Assembly (NCBI GenBank): GCA_902526825.1 | Contig: CABZMN010000002.1 | Location: forward strand, 90,265-154,264 | Source of the DNA: an uncultured Candidatus Actinomarina sp. | GTDB taxonomy: Bacteria; Actinomycetota; Acidimicrobiia; Actinomarinales; Actinomarinaceae | Reading direction: 5' to 3' | Length of the DNA stretch: 64,000 nucleotides | Shown here: positions 29,497 through 37,740 of the stretch, in pieces | How positions within the stretch are numbered: position 1 is the first letter of the stretch | Layout of the letters: every line of letters starts with the position of its first letter | Program-made: the position numbers and the translations under genes | The notes under the pieces: generated by a model | What the model saw: the letters and a program-made list of their open reading frames with translations, nothing else | What the model was told of the DNA's origin: nothing | Databases searched by the model: none

Positions 29497-30838
29497 AATA
29501 GTTTCTTTTTCACAGTTTTGTAAAGAACAACAATTTTTTATATCTATTGATAAACTCCAAACTTATTTTGGATACATAGAATCAAAAAAAATCCAATCCT
29601 TTGAAGAAAAGATTAGGTATCTCTTTTTCCTGATTCCAAAAGACAAAGATGAAAAAGACAAACTTAAACATTTAATCTCAGAATATTTCAATTATAAATT
29701 TGAAGAAAGTACATCCTTCGAATTTAATTTTTTTGATGAATATGATCTCAATGAAAATTTTCAAGATGTCCTGATTAACAAGGAGAGTAGAGACATTGAC
29801 TTTTCTAAAATTGCAATAGAAATAATACAAGATTTTGAAAATCTAGACTTTTCTAGACCCGTTTCTAATGCTTATTGGCTAAATCAGCTTAAGAAAACGA
29901 AAGCTTATGAAGATATATTGAGTCTTTTTGATGTTCAATTTGAGGATTCTTTCAAGAATATAATTAATAATCTAAATAGAGAAAACTTCTCGAACTTTCT
30001 CGATTTAAAGTTGTTAGAGCTATTAAAAGAAGAGAGAAATAAAACAAGAGATGCCTATCAACCTTCTGAATTAGACAATAAAGATCAATTAAATGAGTTA
30101 GATTATCTTTATACAAATAGTGAGGAAAGGAAAAAACTACTTGAACAAACGTATGCACTTGGAAACAAACTGGCTATAAAATTTAAAAAGCAGATAAAAT
30201 TCTCAAACAAAGGAAATCTTAACTTAAGAAAAACTATAAGGAAGTCGATCCAGTCCGGTGGAGTTCTCCAAAATATTATTTATAAACCCAAGAATAAGAA
30301 AAAACCAAAGCTTGTAATTTTATGTGATATAAGTGGATCAATGGCACTTTATTCTCTTTTTGGACTTACATTACTCTATGGAATGGTAAGCAGATTCAAC
30401 TCAATAAAGTCTTTTGTTTTCATTGATGGAATTACTGAAGTAACAAAAGATATTAAAAAACTAAAAAAAACCGAGATAGAATCATTCTTAAAGAATTGGA
30501 ATAACTTTGTAAAACAAGATGGTCATTCTGACTATTCAAGAACTTTTGAAGAACTTGTTGATGAGGTAAAGAAAAGTAATGCTAACTATAAATGTCTGAT
30601 AGTCATTGGAGATGCTAGAAATAATTATCGTGATATAGACGAAGAACTAGTAAATGAAGTTGGTAAATCTTTCAAAAATATTTATTGGTTGAATCCTGAA
30701 AGACTTAAGTATTGGAACACGGGTGATAGTTTAATTAGAAAGTTTGATAGAGTTACCAACAATACATCTGAAGTTAGAAACTATAACCAAATGAAAGCCT
30801 TTGTTAACTCAATTGATTTTAAAAGAGATCTCAAGTGA
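29471..30838 (+). CDS. VWA-domain protein (CoxE-like)
   Basis: MIDAS motif VILCDISGSM in the C-terminal half. Paired with the MoxR ATPase. The start is uncertain (TTG 29465, ATG 29471 or ATG 29477), and all three overlap the moxR-like 3' end. Confidence 0.75.
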   Translation: MQMSSFKNEIVSFSQFCKEQQFFISIDKLQTYFGYIESKKIQSFEEKIRYLFFLIPKDKDEKDKLKHLISEYFNYKFEESTSFEFNFFDEYDLNENFQDVLINKESRDIDFSKIAIEIIQDFENLDFSRPVSNAYWLNQLKKTKAYEDILSLFDVQFEDSFKNIINNLNRENFSNFLDLKLLELLKEERNKTRDAYQPSELDNKDQLNELDYLYTNSEERKKLLEQTYALGNKLAIKFKKQIKFSNKGNLNLRKTIRKSIQSGGVLQNIIYKPKNKKKPKLVILCDISGSMALYSLFGLTLLYGMVSRFNSIKSFVFIDGITEVTKDIKKLKKTEIESFLKNWNNFVKQDGHSDYSRTFEELVDEVKKSNANYKCLIVIGDARNNYRDIDEELVNEVGKSFKNIYWLNPERLKYWNTGDSLIRKFDRVTNNTSEVRNYNQMKAFVNSIDFKRDLK

Positions 30839-31401
30839 ATAAGATTGGTGTACTGGGGGGAACCTTTGACCCTCCTCATGGTGCCCATTTAGAAATAGCC
30901 AGAAGGGCAATATCTCAATTTGGTCTGAACAAGGTAATTTTTATTCCTTCAGGAAATCCATGGCAAAAAAAAGATTCTACATCATTTCTTCATAGGTTTG
31001 AAATGACAAAAATATTAATCAAGGAATCTGAATTTTTTGAAATTAGCGATATAGAAAAATCTGAAGAAAATCCTTCTTATACTTACGAAACCTTACTTCG
31101 ACTGGACCATCCAAAAGAAGATTTGTATTTTATCTTAGGTTCTGACACAGCAATGAATATTAAAACTTGGAAAAACCACAGTAAATTATCTGAGCTTACT
31201 AACTTTTTAATTGCACTTAGAAGGGAAGACAATAATAAGACCTTAGAAGAGTACTTTCCATTCGAATATTCACTTATTGATGGGGAAAAAGTTGACTTAA
31301 GTTCAAGCACTATAAGAAATAAATTAAAAAGAAATGAGCTAAATGATGACGATTTATCAAAAGAGGTTTTAAATTATATAAAAGATAACAATCTTTATTG
31401 A
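30835..31401 (+). CDS. nadD: nicotinate-nucleotide adenylyltransferase
   Basis: GGTFDPPHGAHL motif. GTGA overlap with the preceding stop. nadD-rsfS synteny. Confidence 0.9.
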   Translation: MNKIGVLGGTFDPPHGAHLEIARRAISQFGLNKVIFIPSGNPWQKKDSTSFLHRFEMTKILIKESEFFEISDIEKSEENPSYTYETLLRLDHPKEDLYFILGSDTAMNIKTWKNHSKLSELTNFLIALRREDNNKTLEEYFPFEYSLIDGEKVDLSSSTIRNKLKRNELNDDDLSKEVLNYIKDNNLY

Positions 31402-31805
31402 AGTTTTTTCTTTATATCATCCAATTCAAGTTGCATTTCATCAAGTTTTTCTAAAACATCATCATTTGTGTGATGATCAACAAAATTTTGAATAAATTTA
31501 GCCGAAACGATTGCTGTTATTGTTGCAATTAGTCCTAATCCCAGCAACATAAGAGAACTTGCAACAACTCTTCCTAAAGTTGTTACTGGAGTAATATCAC
31601 CATAGCCAACAGTAGTAATAGTTACAAGAGCCCACCATATACCATCACCTAAGCTTTTAACACCAGGTTCTGATACATAAAAAAGATAGCCAAATAGCAA
31701 AATAAAAAATATTAAAGCAGCAAGTATGGTTCTCAATCGCCTGCTGTTAAAAAGTGTCTCTAATAAGCCAAAAAGGTTTCTAATTCTTGTCAACTCTCTC
31801 CTCAC
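31395..31805 (-). CDS. minimal two-TM potassium channel (KcsA-like) with C-terminal coiled coil
   Basis: Selectivity filter TTVGYGD between two hydrophobic helices. 136 aa. Confidence 0.85.
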   Translation of the reverse strand: MRRELTRIRNLFGLLETLFNSRRLRTILAALIFFILLFGYLFYVSEPGVKSLGDGIWWALVTITTVGYGDITPVTTLGRVVASSLMLLGLGLIATITAIVSAKFIQNFVDHHTNDDVLEKLDEMQLELDDIKKKLQ

Positions 31806-31851
31806 TCATAAGAATAGTGTCTTTATTTTTTACATGGTAACATATTTATAA

Positions 31852-32208
31852 GTGACTGAAAGAAAAACAGAATTTACAGACAACTTTTTCTTTGATAATG
31901 TCATAGATATTTTACTCATTCAAAAATGCACAAACATAAAAGCATTTAAGGTAGAAAAAAATAGTTTTTTTGATGTCGTTATTATGTGTAACGTTACATC
32001 GAATACTCAAATGGTATCATCTGTTAAAAAATTAAAAAATCTTGTGAAATCAAAAAATAAAAACTTTTTCTCTGAGGGTATTGATTCCTCTTGGGCATTA
32101 GTTGAATTCGAAGGTGTCGGAATACACTTTTTCACAGAGGAAGCAAGAGAATATTACAACCTAGAGGATTTATTTTTTGATAGTAATCTAATGCTTCAGT
32201 ACGGGTAA
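31852..32208 (+). CDS. rsfS: ribosome silencing factor RsfS (iojap)
   Basis: SWALVEFEGVGIHFFTEEAREYYNLEDLF signature. GTG start. Confidence 0.85.
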   Translation: MTERKTEFTDNFFFDNVIDILLIQKCTNIKAFKVEKNSFFDVVIMCNVTSNTQMVSSVKKLKNLVKSKNKNFFSEGIDSSWALVEFEGVGIHFFTEEAREYYNLEDLFFDSNLMLQYG

Positions 32209-32221
32209 TCTTAATTGTATT

Positions 32222-32294
32222 GGGGCTGTAGCTCAGTTGGCAGAGCACGTGCATGGCATGCACGGGGTCAGGGGTTCAAATCCCCTCAGCTCCA
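32222..32294 (+). tRNA. tRNA-Ala (anticodon GGC)
   Basis: Acceptor GGGGCTG/CAGCTCC with G3-U70, anticodon arm CGTGC-ATGGCAT-GCACG, T-loop TTCAAAT. Confidence 0.9.
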
Positions 32295-32303
32295 CAAACA
32301 AAT

Positions 32304-33548
32304 ATGAACTTAAAATATATAAGAGAAATATTTAATCAAACAAAAGATTTGATTGGCTCGCAATCCGGTATAGCAATTATTTCAATAATTCAAGTTCCAT
32401 ATGTTGTTAAGCAACTTGGACCTTCAAAATATGGAGCCGTTGTAATCTTGATTGCTGTAGCAAGTTTAATTTTTCGTGCCACACACTCAAATAACAGTGA
32501 CGCCCATCTATTAGCTTTAAAAGAAGGTAGGAGTTTTTCTACTGAGTCTTTATTTTTTAATTTACTTACAGGTCTAATTTCTTTTTTTATATGTATTTTG
32601 TTTTTTTCGAATTCAATTATTTTAAATTCATCTATTGGAGATTATTTTTCAGCAGAAATTCTAACTTCGAGCCTTATTTTATATCTTTGCTCTAGGGTTG
32701 TTCAAACATTCTCTGAAACTGCAAAGGCTCTTTTAATATATAAAAATGAATTAAGAAAATATTCATTTTTAGAATTCACAACAGTCTTTGTAAGATTTTT
32801 CGCAATAATAATCTTATTGTTTAATAATCCAAGTGTAGAAAATTTTCTTATTGCACAATCAATTTATGGTTTTACATATGGAATATTAGGTATTTTTCTT
32901 GTTTACAAATATGAAAAAATAATAAATATTAATTTTGTCAACTTAAAAGAATATTTTGAACTTATAAAATCCTCCTACAAAAAAATTAGATATGATCAAA
33001 TCATTGGGCTTGTTCCCCAGCATTTTGATGTAATATTACTCGGAATAATAATTGATATTCAAGCAGTTGGGATTTATCAGTTTGCAAAAAGATTAGTTGA
33101 GCCAATAAATTATTTAGTGGTTACTTTTAATCCATGGTTACAAAGTCAACTTAAAACTAAGCCAAATGAATTCAAAATAAATACCTTTTTTAAACAGATA
33201 CTTGTTCCAATATTTATATTTTTGGGATTGATGTATTCAATATTTGGGGATAAATTAATTTTAATTTTTGCAAATAGTGATTTTCTTAATTCTTATCAAC
33301 CAATGTTGATATTATTTATGGGTTTTTCAACCTATCTTTTGACATTTTGGATAAGACAATTGTTATTATTTAATGATTTGATTGAATATCACGCTTATGG
33401 TCGAATAATTTATTCACTAGTATTTTTAGTACTTGCTATATTTTTAGGAAAAGCATATTCAGCATCAGGAATAGCTACTGCTTTAAGTATTGCGATGATA
33501 TTACAAAAAGCTTTTGAATATTTAATTTATAGAAAAAAAATAAAATAA
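32304..33548 (+). CDS. polysaccharide flippase-like (Wzx/MOP superfamily) membrane protein
   Basis: About 415-aa polytopic protein at the head of a glycan cluster. The ORF-track start at 32253 overlaps tRNA-Ala, so the first ATG after the tRNA (32304) was used. Confidence 0.55.
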   Translation: MNLKYIREIFNQTKDLIGSQSGIAIISIIQVPYVVKQLGPSKYGAVVILIAVASLIFRATHSNNSDAHLLALKEGRSFSTESLFFNLLTGLISFFICILFFSNSIILNSSIGDYFSAEILTSSLILYLCSRVVQTFSETAKALLIYKNELRKYSFLEFTTVFVRFFAIIILLFNNPSVENFLIAQSIYGFTYGILGIFLVYKYEKIININFVNLKEYFELIKSSYKKIRYDQIIGLVPQHFDVILLGIIIDIQAVGIYQFAKRLVEPINYLVVTFNPWLQSQLKTKPNEFKINTFFKQILVPIFIFLGLMYSIFGDKLILIFANSDFLNSYQPMLILFMGFSTYLLTFWIRQLLLFNDLIEYHAYGRIIYSLVFLVLAIFLGKAYSASGIATALSIAMILQKAFEYLIYRKKIK

Positions 33549-33563
33549 TTTTCAAATTTATAG

Positions 33564-34940
33564 ATGATTAGTATTAATACGATGATAAAAAATATAAATT
33601 ATATTTCTATAATATTTTTTTCGATAACGTTAGTATTCTTAGATGCCTATCTGATATTTAATATTCCTCTTTCGTGGATAGGTCTATCTTTTTTGTTTTT
33701 AGTTTCTCTATTTAATCTCATTAAAAATAATGGTTTAAAAAACTTAAATAATATCTTTCTATTCTTAATTTTGATTTCAATACCACAATTTTTTCAATTT
33801 TTTACAGTACAACACAGTAGTAGTGATTTAATATATACATTTCTTAGATATTTCAATATCGTTTCTTTTGTTACTGTGTTTAGCTTTTCAATTCAAATAT
33901 TTAAAGATATTCCACGTATTAATTTTTTCAAATACATGAAATTTTTTATTTTATTATTTTCATGTGTATCAATATACATTTACTTTGCACAAATTTTTGA
34001 TTTATTTGAACCAGTAAGAAACAGGGAAAATACAAATCTGTTTGGTGACTCTTCACAGTCAACTTTCTGGTTGTCTCAACCTCATAGAGCAATGTCTACA
34101 TTTAGAGAACCAGTTTTCCTAATCACATTCTTTTTTCCTATTGTTCTTTCATATTTTTATTTAGATAAAAAGAATCAATTTTACTTTCCTTTTTTTACAG
34201 GCATTGCATTAGGACTTACGCGAAGTGATTATGTCAGATTATTTTGTATAGTTTTACTATGTTTTGTTATTTTTAATTACATCAAATCTAAAGAAGTAAT
34301 ATATTCTTTTCTAAGTTTGATTCTTTCAATAATGATTTTTTCAACTTTTGGAATTTTAGAATGTAATATAAACCCACAAAGTATTGACTGTCAAGATTAT
34401 CAAGAAGATCTTAAGAAAATAAACGACTCAGGAAAATTAAAAGTAAAGACTAACTCATCGAATCCAATTACAGAGTTAGATTCTGATCGTGTTGAAGTTA
34501 TTGAATATTTTATAACAAGTTTAAGAAGCTTAGAACCAAGTGGAGTAAGTCAGGTTAATTTAAATTATCAAAACTATCTAAAAACCAAAGTAAGTGAAAA
34601 TATGTATTTTACAAATAGAACTCTTCCATACTATTTGTTAACTAGATACAGTACGCTTGATTTTGGAACAGGTAATTATTCAACTTTAAAATTCACACCA
34701 AATGTTCAAAATTTAGTTATTTTTTATACTCATGCTTTTGGCTATGTTTTTCCTGCAATAGTTTTCTTATTAATTATCAACTTATTAATAAAAGATAAAT
34801 TTAGTACAAAGTCAATATTCTTTTTAATGATTCTAATGTTTATATCTATAAGCCCTATCGAAGAAGTAAACGCTTATTATGGTCTAGTATTGGGTTTCCT
34901 TTATCAGACTTTATTTAAGGAAGATTATGAAAGTTTATAA
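33564..34940 (+). CDS. polytopic membrane protein, O-antigen polymerase/ligase-like
   Basis: Many TM helices, a TRSDY motif resembling the SRG loop of Wzy_C proteins, and a soluble loop with a Cys pair. Weak assignment. Confidence 0.4.
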   Translation: MISINTMIKNINYISIIFFSITLVFLDAYLIFNIPLSWIGLSFLFLVSLFNLIKNNGLKNLNNIFLFLILISIPQFFQFFTVQHSSSDLIYTFLRYFNIVSFVTVFSFSIQIFKDIPRINFFKYMKFFILLFSCVSIYIYFAQIFDLFEPVRNRENTNLFGDSSQSTFWLSQPHRAMSTFREPVFLITFFFPIVLSYFYLDKKNQFYFPFFTGIALGLTRSDYVRLFCIVLLCFVIFNYIKSKEVIYSFLSLILSIMIFSTFGILECNINPQSIDCQDYQEDLKKINDSGKLKVKTNSSNPITELDSDRVEVIEYFITSLRSLEPSGVSQVNLNYQNYLKTKVSENMYFTNRTLPYYLLTRYSTLDFGTGNYSTLKFTPNVQNLVIFYTHAFGYVFPAIVFLLIINLLIKDKFSTKSIFFLMILMFISISPIEEVNAYYGLVLGFLYQTLFKEDYESL

Positions 34941-35997
34941 CTTTTCACCCGGTCCAGCAAAATTAGATACCTCTATTATTTCCAAATCTCAAGAAGCAAT
35001 GTTCAATTTTCAAAATACCGGTTTATCAATTTTAGAAATTGGTCACAGATCTAAAGAATTTGAAAAATTAATGAATTCTCTTCAGGAGAATATAAGAAAC
35101 ATTTTCAATGTTCCAACAAATTATTTCACATTATTTCTTCAAGGAGGTGCAACATTTCAGAATACGTTTATCGCTAACAATTTTGATATAAGAGAAAAAG
35201 ATTTAGGTTGTTTGGTAACTGGTACTTGGGGTAAGAATACTTTTGACGATTTTTCAAAAATTAGAGAAACAAAATTAATAGAACTTAGCCAAGATGAAAT
35301 AGAGAATTTTGTGGAGAATTCTGATGATTTTAAAAATGTTGATTATTTACACCTTACATCTAATGAAACAATTAACGGAGTGCAATTAAGAGAATTTAAC
35401 AAAATTAATCATGATTCATTACTGATTGATATGTCATCGGATATTGGTTCATATACGTTTGAATGGGACAACATAGCCTATATCTATGCAGGAGCACAAA
35501 AAAATATGGGTATTCCAGGTGTTTCAATATGCATTGGTGATGAAAAGCATTTAAATTCAGAGGGTAATTCAAAATACCTTAACATTGGACAATTAGTGGA
35601 AAAGAAATCTTTATTGAACACACCTCCTACTTTCTCAATATATGTCCTAAAGCTTGTCACTGATTGGATGATTGAAATGGGAGGAATTGAATACTTTGAA
35701 GAGAAATCAGTTTCACAATCATCAAGAGTGTATAAACAATTAGAAAGTTATAAAAACTTTCTAAATTTACCTGTTTGTGACTATTCAAAGAGTAGGTCAA
35801 ATATAATTTTTAAATTTAAAGATAATGATTTAGAAAAGAAATTTCTTCATGAAGCAGGAGAAAAAGGCATCCTTGGACTAAATGGACATAGAAGTGAGGG
35901 AGGTATAAGAATTAGCCTTTACAATTCAATTACAGATGAGATGGTTGATTATTTGTCCGAATTTATTGAACAATTCTTTACAAACAATGGTAGATAG
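34927..35997 (+). CDS. serC: phosphoserine aminotransferase
   Basis: NFSPGPAKL, GHRSKEF, GAQKNMG (PLP Lys), GGIRISLYN motifs. Confidence 0.88.
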   Translation: MKVYNFSPGPAKLDTSIISKSQEAMFNFQNTGLSILEIGHRSKEFEKLMNSLQENIRNIFNVPTNYFTLFLQGGATFQNTFIANNFDIREKDLGCLVTGTWGKNTFDDFSKIRETKLIELSQDEIENFVENSDDFKNVDYLHLTSNETINGVQLREFNKINHDSLLIDMSSDIGSYTFEWDNIAYIYAGAQKNMGIPGVSICIGDEKHLNSEGNSKYLNIGQLVEKKSLLNTPPTFSIYVLKLVTDWMIEMGGIEYFEEKSVSQSSRVYKQLESYKNFLNLPVCDYSKSRSNIIFKFKDNDLEKKFLHEAGEKGILGLNGHRSEGGIRISLYNSITDEMVDYLSEFIEQFFTNNGR

Positions 35998-36637
35998 TAA
36001 CTTCACCAATTATCAATTTGAAAATTATGATGTTGAGGGTCTAAAACTTGAAATTAATTTTTTGGAGCATGATTCAATCAAGATAAAGACGCATGAGAAA
36101 ATTAATATACCGATTGAAAACAAAGTCAAAGAATCTTTTGAACCACTTTTATTTGGGATTGATATGAATTTAAAAAATATTAAAAATGTAAATGATTTAA
36201 ATGAAAAGAAAATGATATTGCTAGACGGACATCATCGATATGATTACTTAAAAAGAAATAAAATTGATAAATCAATTGATATAGTTCTAATTTCAATTGA
36301 TGATGTGAAGATTCTTTCTTACCCATCTTATTTAACAATTGAAAAAAAAGAATTTGTTGAGATTCTAAAAAATTATAATTTTTCGAATAATGCTTCATCA
36401 AATTTTTTTGTTTCTCTAGATGAAGTAAAATTTTTTAATAGTGAAATTAAAGATATTTATGAACTTTATGAATTTAAAAATTTTTGTTATGAAAATGACT
36501 ATATAATTTCAGGTATCGATGAAAGTCAGGGTGATGATAAAATAACTATAAACTTTACCCCTATAAAAGTTTCTGAAATTATAGAAAATGACTCTCTGTT
36601 TCCACCAAAATCAACATGGATAACGCCAAGATTATGA
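35987..36637 (+). CDS. short DUF1015/ParB-Srx-like protein of unknown function
   Basis: LLDGHHRY motif (36224-36238) and C-terminal [14 protein letters not shown] 35987 overlaps the serC stop by 11 nt. The ORF-track start at 35936 is less likely. Confidence 0.45.
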   Translation: MVDSNFTNYQFENYDVEGLKLEINFLEHDSIKIKTHEKINIPIENKVKESFEPLLFGIDMNLKNIKNVNDLNEKKMILLDGHHRYDYLKRNKIDKSIDIVLISIDDVKILSYPSYLTIEKKEFVEILKNYNFSNNASSNFFVSLDEVKFFNSEIKDIYELYEFKNFCYENDYIISGIDESQGDDKITINFTPIKVSEIIENDSLFPPKSTWITPRL

Positions 36638-37740
36638 AAATTTGTCATGTTATTAATTCTCTAAACAGGGGAGGTGCCGAATCTCATTTATTGGATTTAA
36701 TTAACGCACAGCTGGGTGCTGGTATGAACGTCCAGGTAACTGTTATTGGTGAAGATGGTTCTGAATCTTATTCAATCGAAAATGAATTACTTAAAAATGG
36801 CGTTAATGTAACGAGACTTAATGGTCCAAGAATGTTCAATTTATTCTCATATTTTTCGATGTATTCAAAATTCAGAAACGAAGAATTTGATATTATACAC
36901 TCACATCAACCTCGCAGTGATTTTATGGTTTACAGAATAAAAAAATATTTATCAAAAAAAAGTAAATGGATTGTTAGTGTTCACGGAAAATATGACACAT
37001 ATCTAGAAAAAGATAGTTTAAGTAACAATCTCAGAAAATATTTTATGAAGAGACTCTCCAAACATTGGGAATCTGCTTCTTCAATTATCGCAATTTCTGA
37101 TGAAGTAAAAAGTTGGATTAATAATCTTAATCATAAACTGAATGTTATGGTCATACCTTATTGGATAGATATTAAAGATTTGGAAACTTTTGAAAAAAAA
37201 GAATCTATAACTCTTGGATTTCTAGGAAGATTGAATGTGAACAAAGGTATAGAAGACTTAATTAATGCAATTAATTCAGAACAGCTGATATCTCTAGATT
37301 TTAAATTATTGATTGGTGGGGTTGGTACCCAAGAGTATTTAGAAAAATTAAAAAATATGATCGAACAAGAAAATATTAAAAAAGTAACTTTTCTTGGATA
37401 CATCGAAAATAGAGAAAAATTTTTCAATGATATAGATATTTTTGTATTTCCTTCTTTTTCAGAGGGCCTAGGTTTGGTTCTTCTGGAAGCTATGAGTTTC
37501 TCAAAGGTTTGTATAACAAGAAATATTTTGCCAATGACAAATTATATAGACCAAAATTCAGGTTATTTATTTGATAATGTGAATGGACTTTCAGATTCAA
37601 TAGCCTCATCTATTCAAGATTTAGAAAACGATATTGAATCAATACAAAAAAAATTGTTTATTATTGAAAAGAAATTAGAAAAATCAAGTAAGGATAATAT
37701 ATTTCCAGAACTAATAAAAGTATATGAACAATCAGTTTGA
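36634..37740 (+). CDS. GT4-family glycosyltransferase
   Basis: [17 protein letters not shown]-terminus and [12 protein letters not shown] (EX7E). ATG 36634 forms an ATGA overlap with the upstream stop. An alternative ATG lies at 36616. Confidence 0.8.
   Translation: MKICHVINSLNRGGAESHLLDLINAQLGAGMNVQVTVIGEDGSESYSIENELLKNGVNVTRLNGPRMFNLFSYFSMYSKFRNEEFDIIHSHQPRSDFMVYRIKKYLSKKSKWIVSVHGKYDTYLEKDSLSNNLRKYFMKRLSKHWESASSIIAISDEVKSWINNLNHKLNVMVIPYWIDIKDLETFEKKESITLGFLGRLNVNKGIEDLINAINSEQLISLDFKLLIGGVGTQEYLEKLKNMIEQENIKKVTFLGYIENREKFFNDIDIFVFPSFSEGLGLVLLEAMSFSKVCITRNILPMTNYIDQNSGYLFDNVNGLSDSIASSIQDLENDIESIQKKLFIIEKKLEKSSKDNIFPELIKVYEQSV

Noticed and set aside
28666-30838. MoxR-VWA pair as a conflict or defense module (vWA-MoxR associated systems)
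   Set aside because: No effector, protease, NTPase sensor or other partner gene is adjacent. The pair is overlapped into proA and nadD and looks like a housekeeping CoxD/CoxE-type chaperone pair. It is kept only as a moderate-interest context finding.
32253-32303. ORF-track N-terminal extension of the flippase-like gene (MACTGSGVQIPSAPQTN)
   Set aside because: It overlaps tRNA-Ala(GGC). The first ATG after the tRNA (32304) was used instead.
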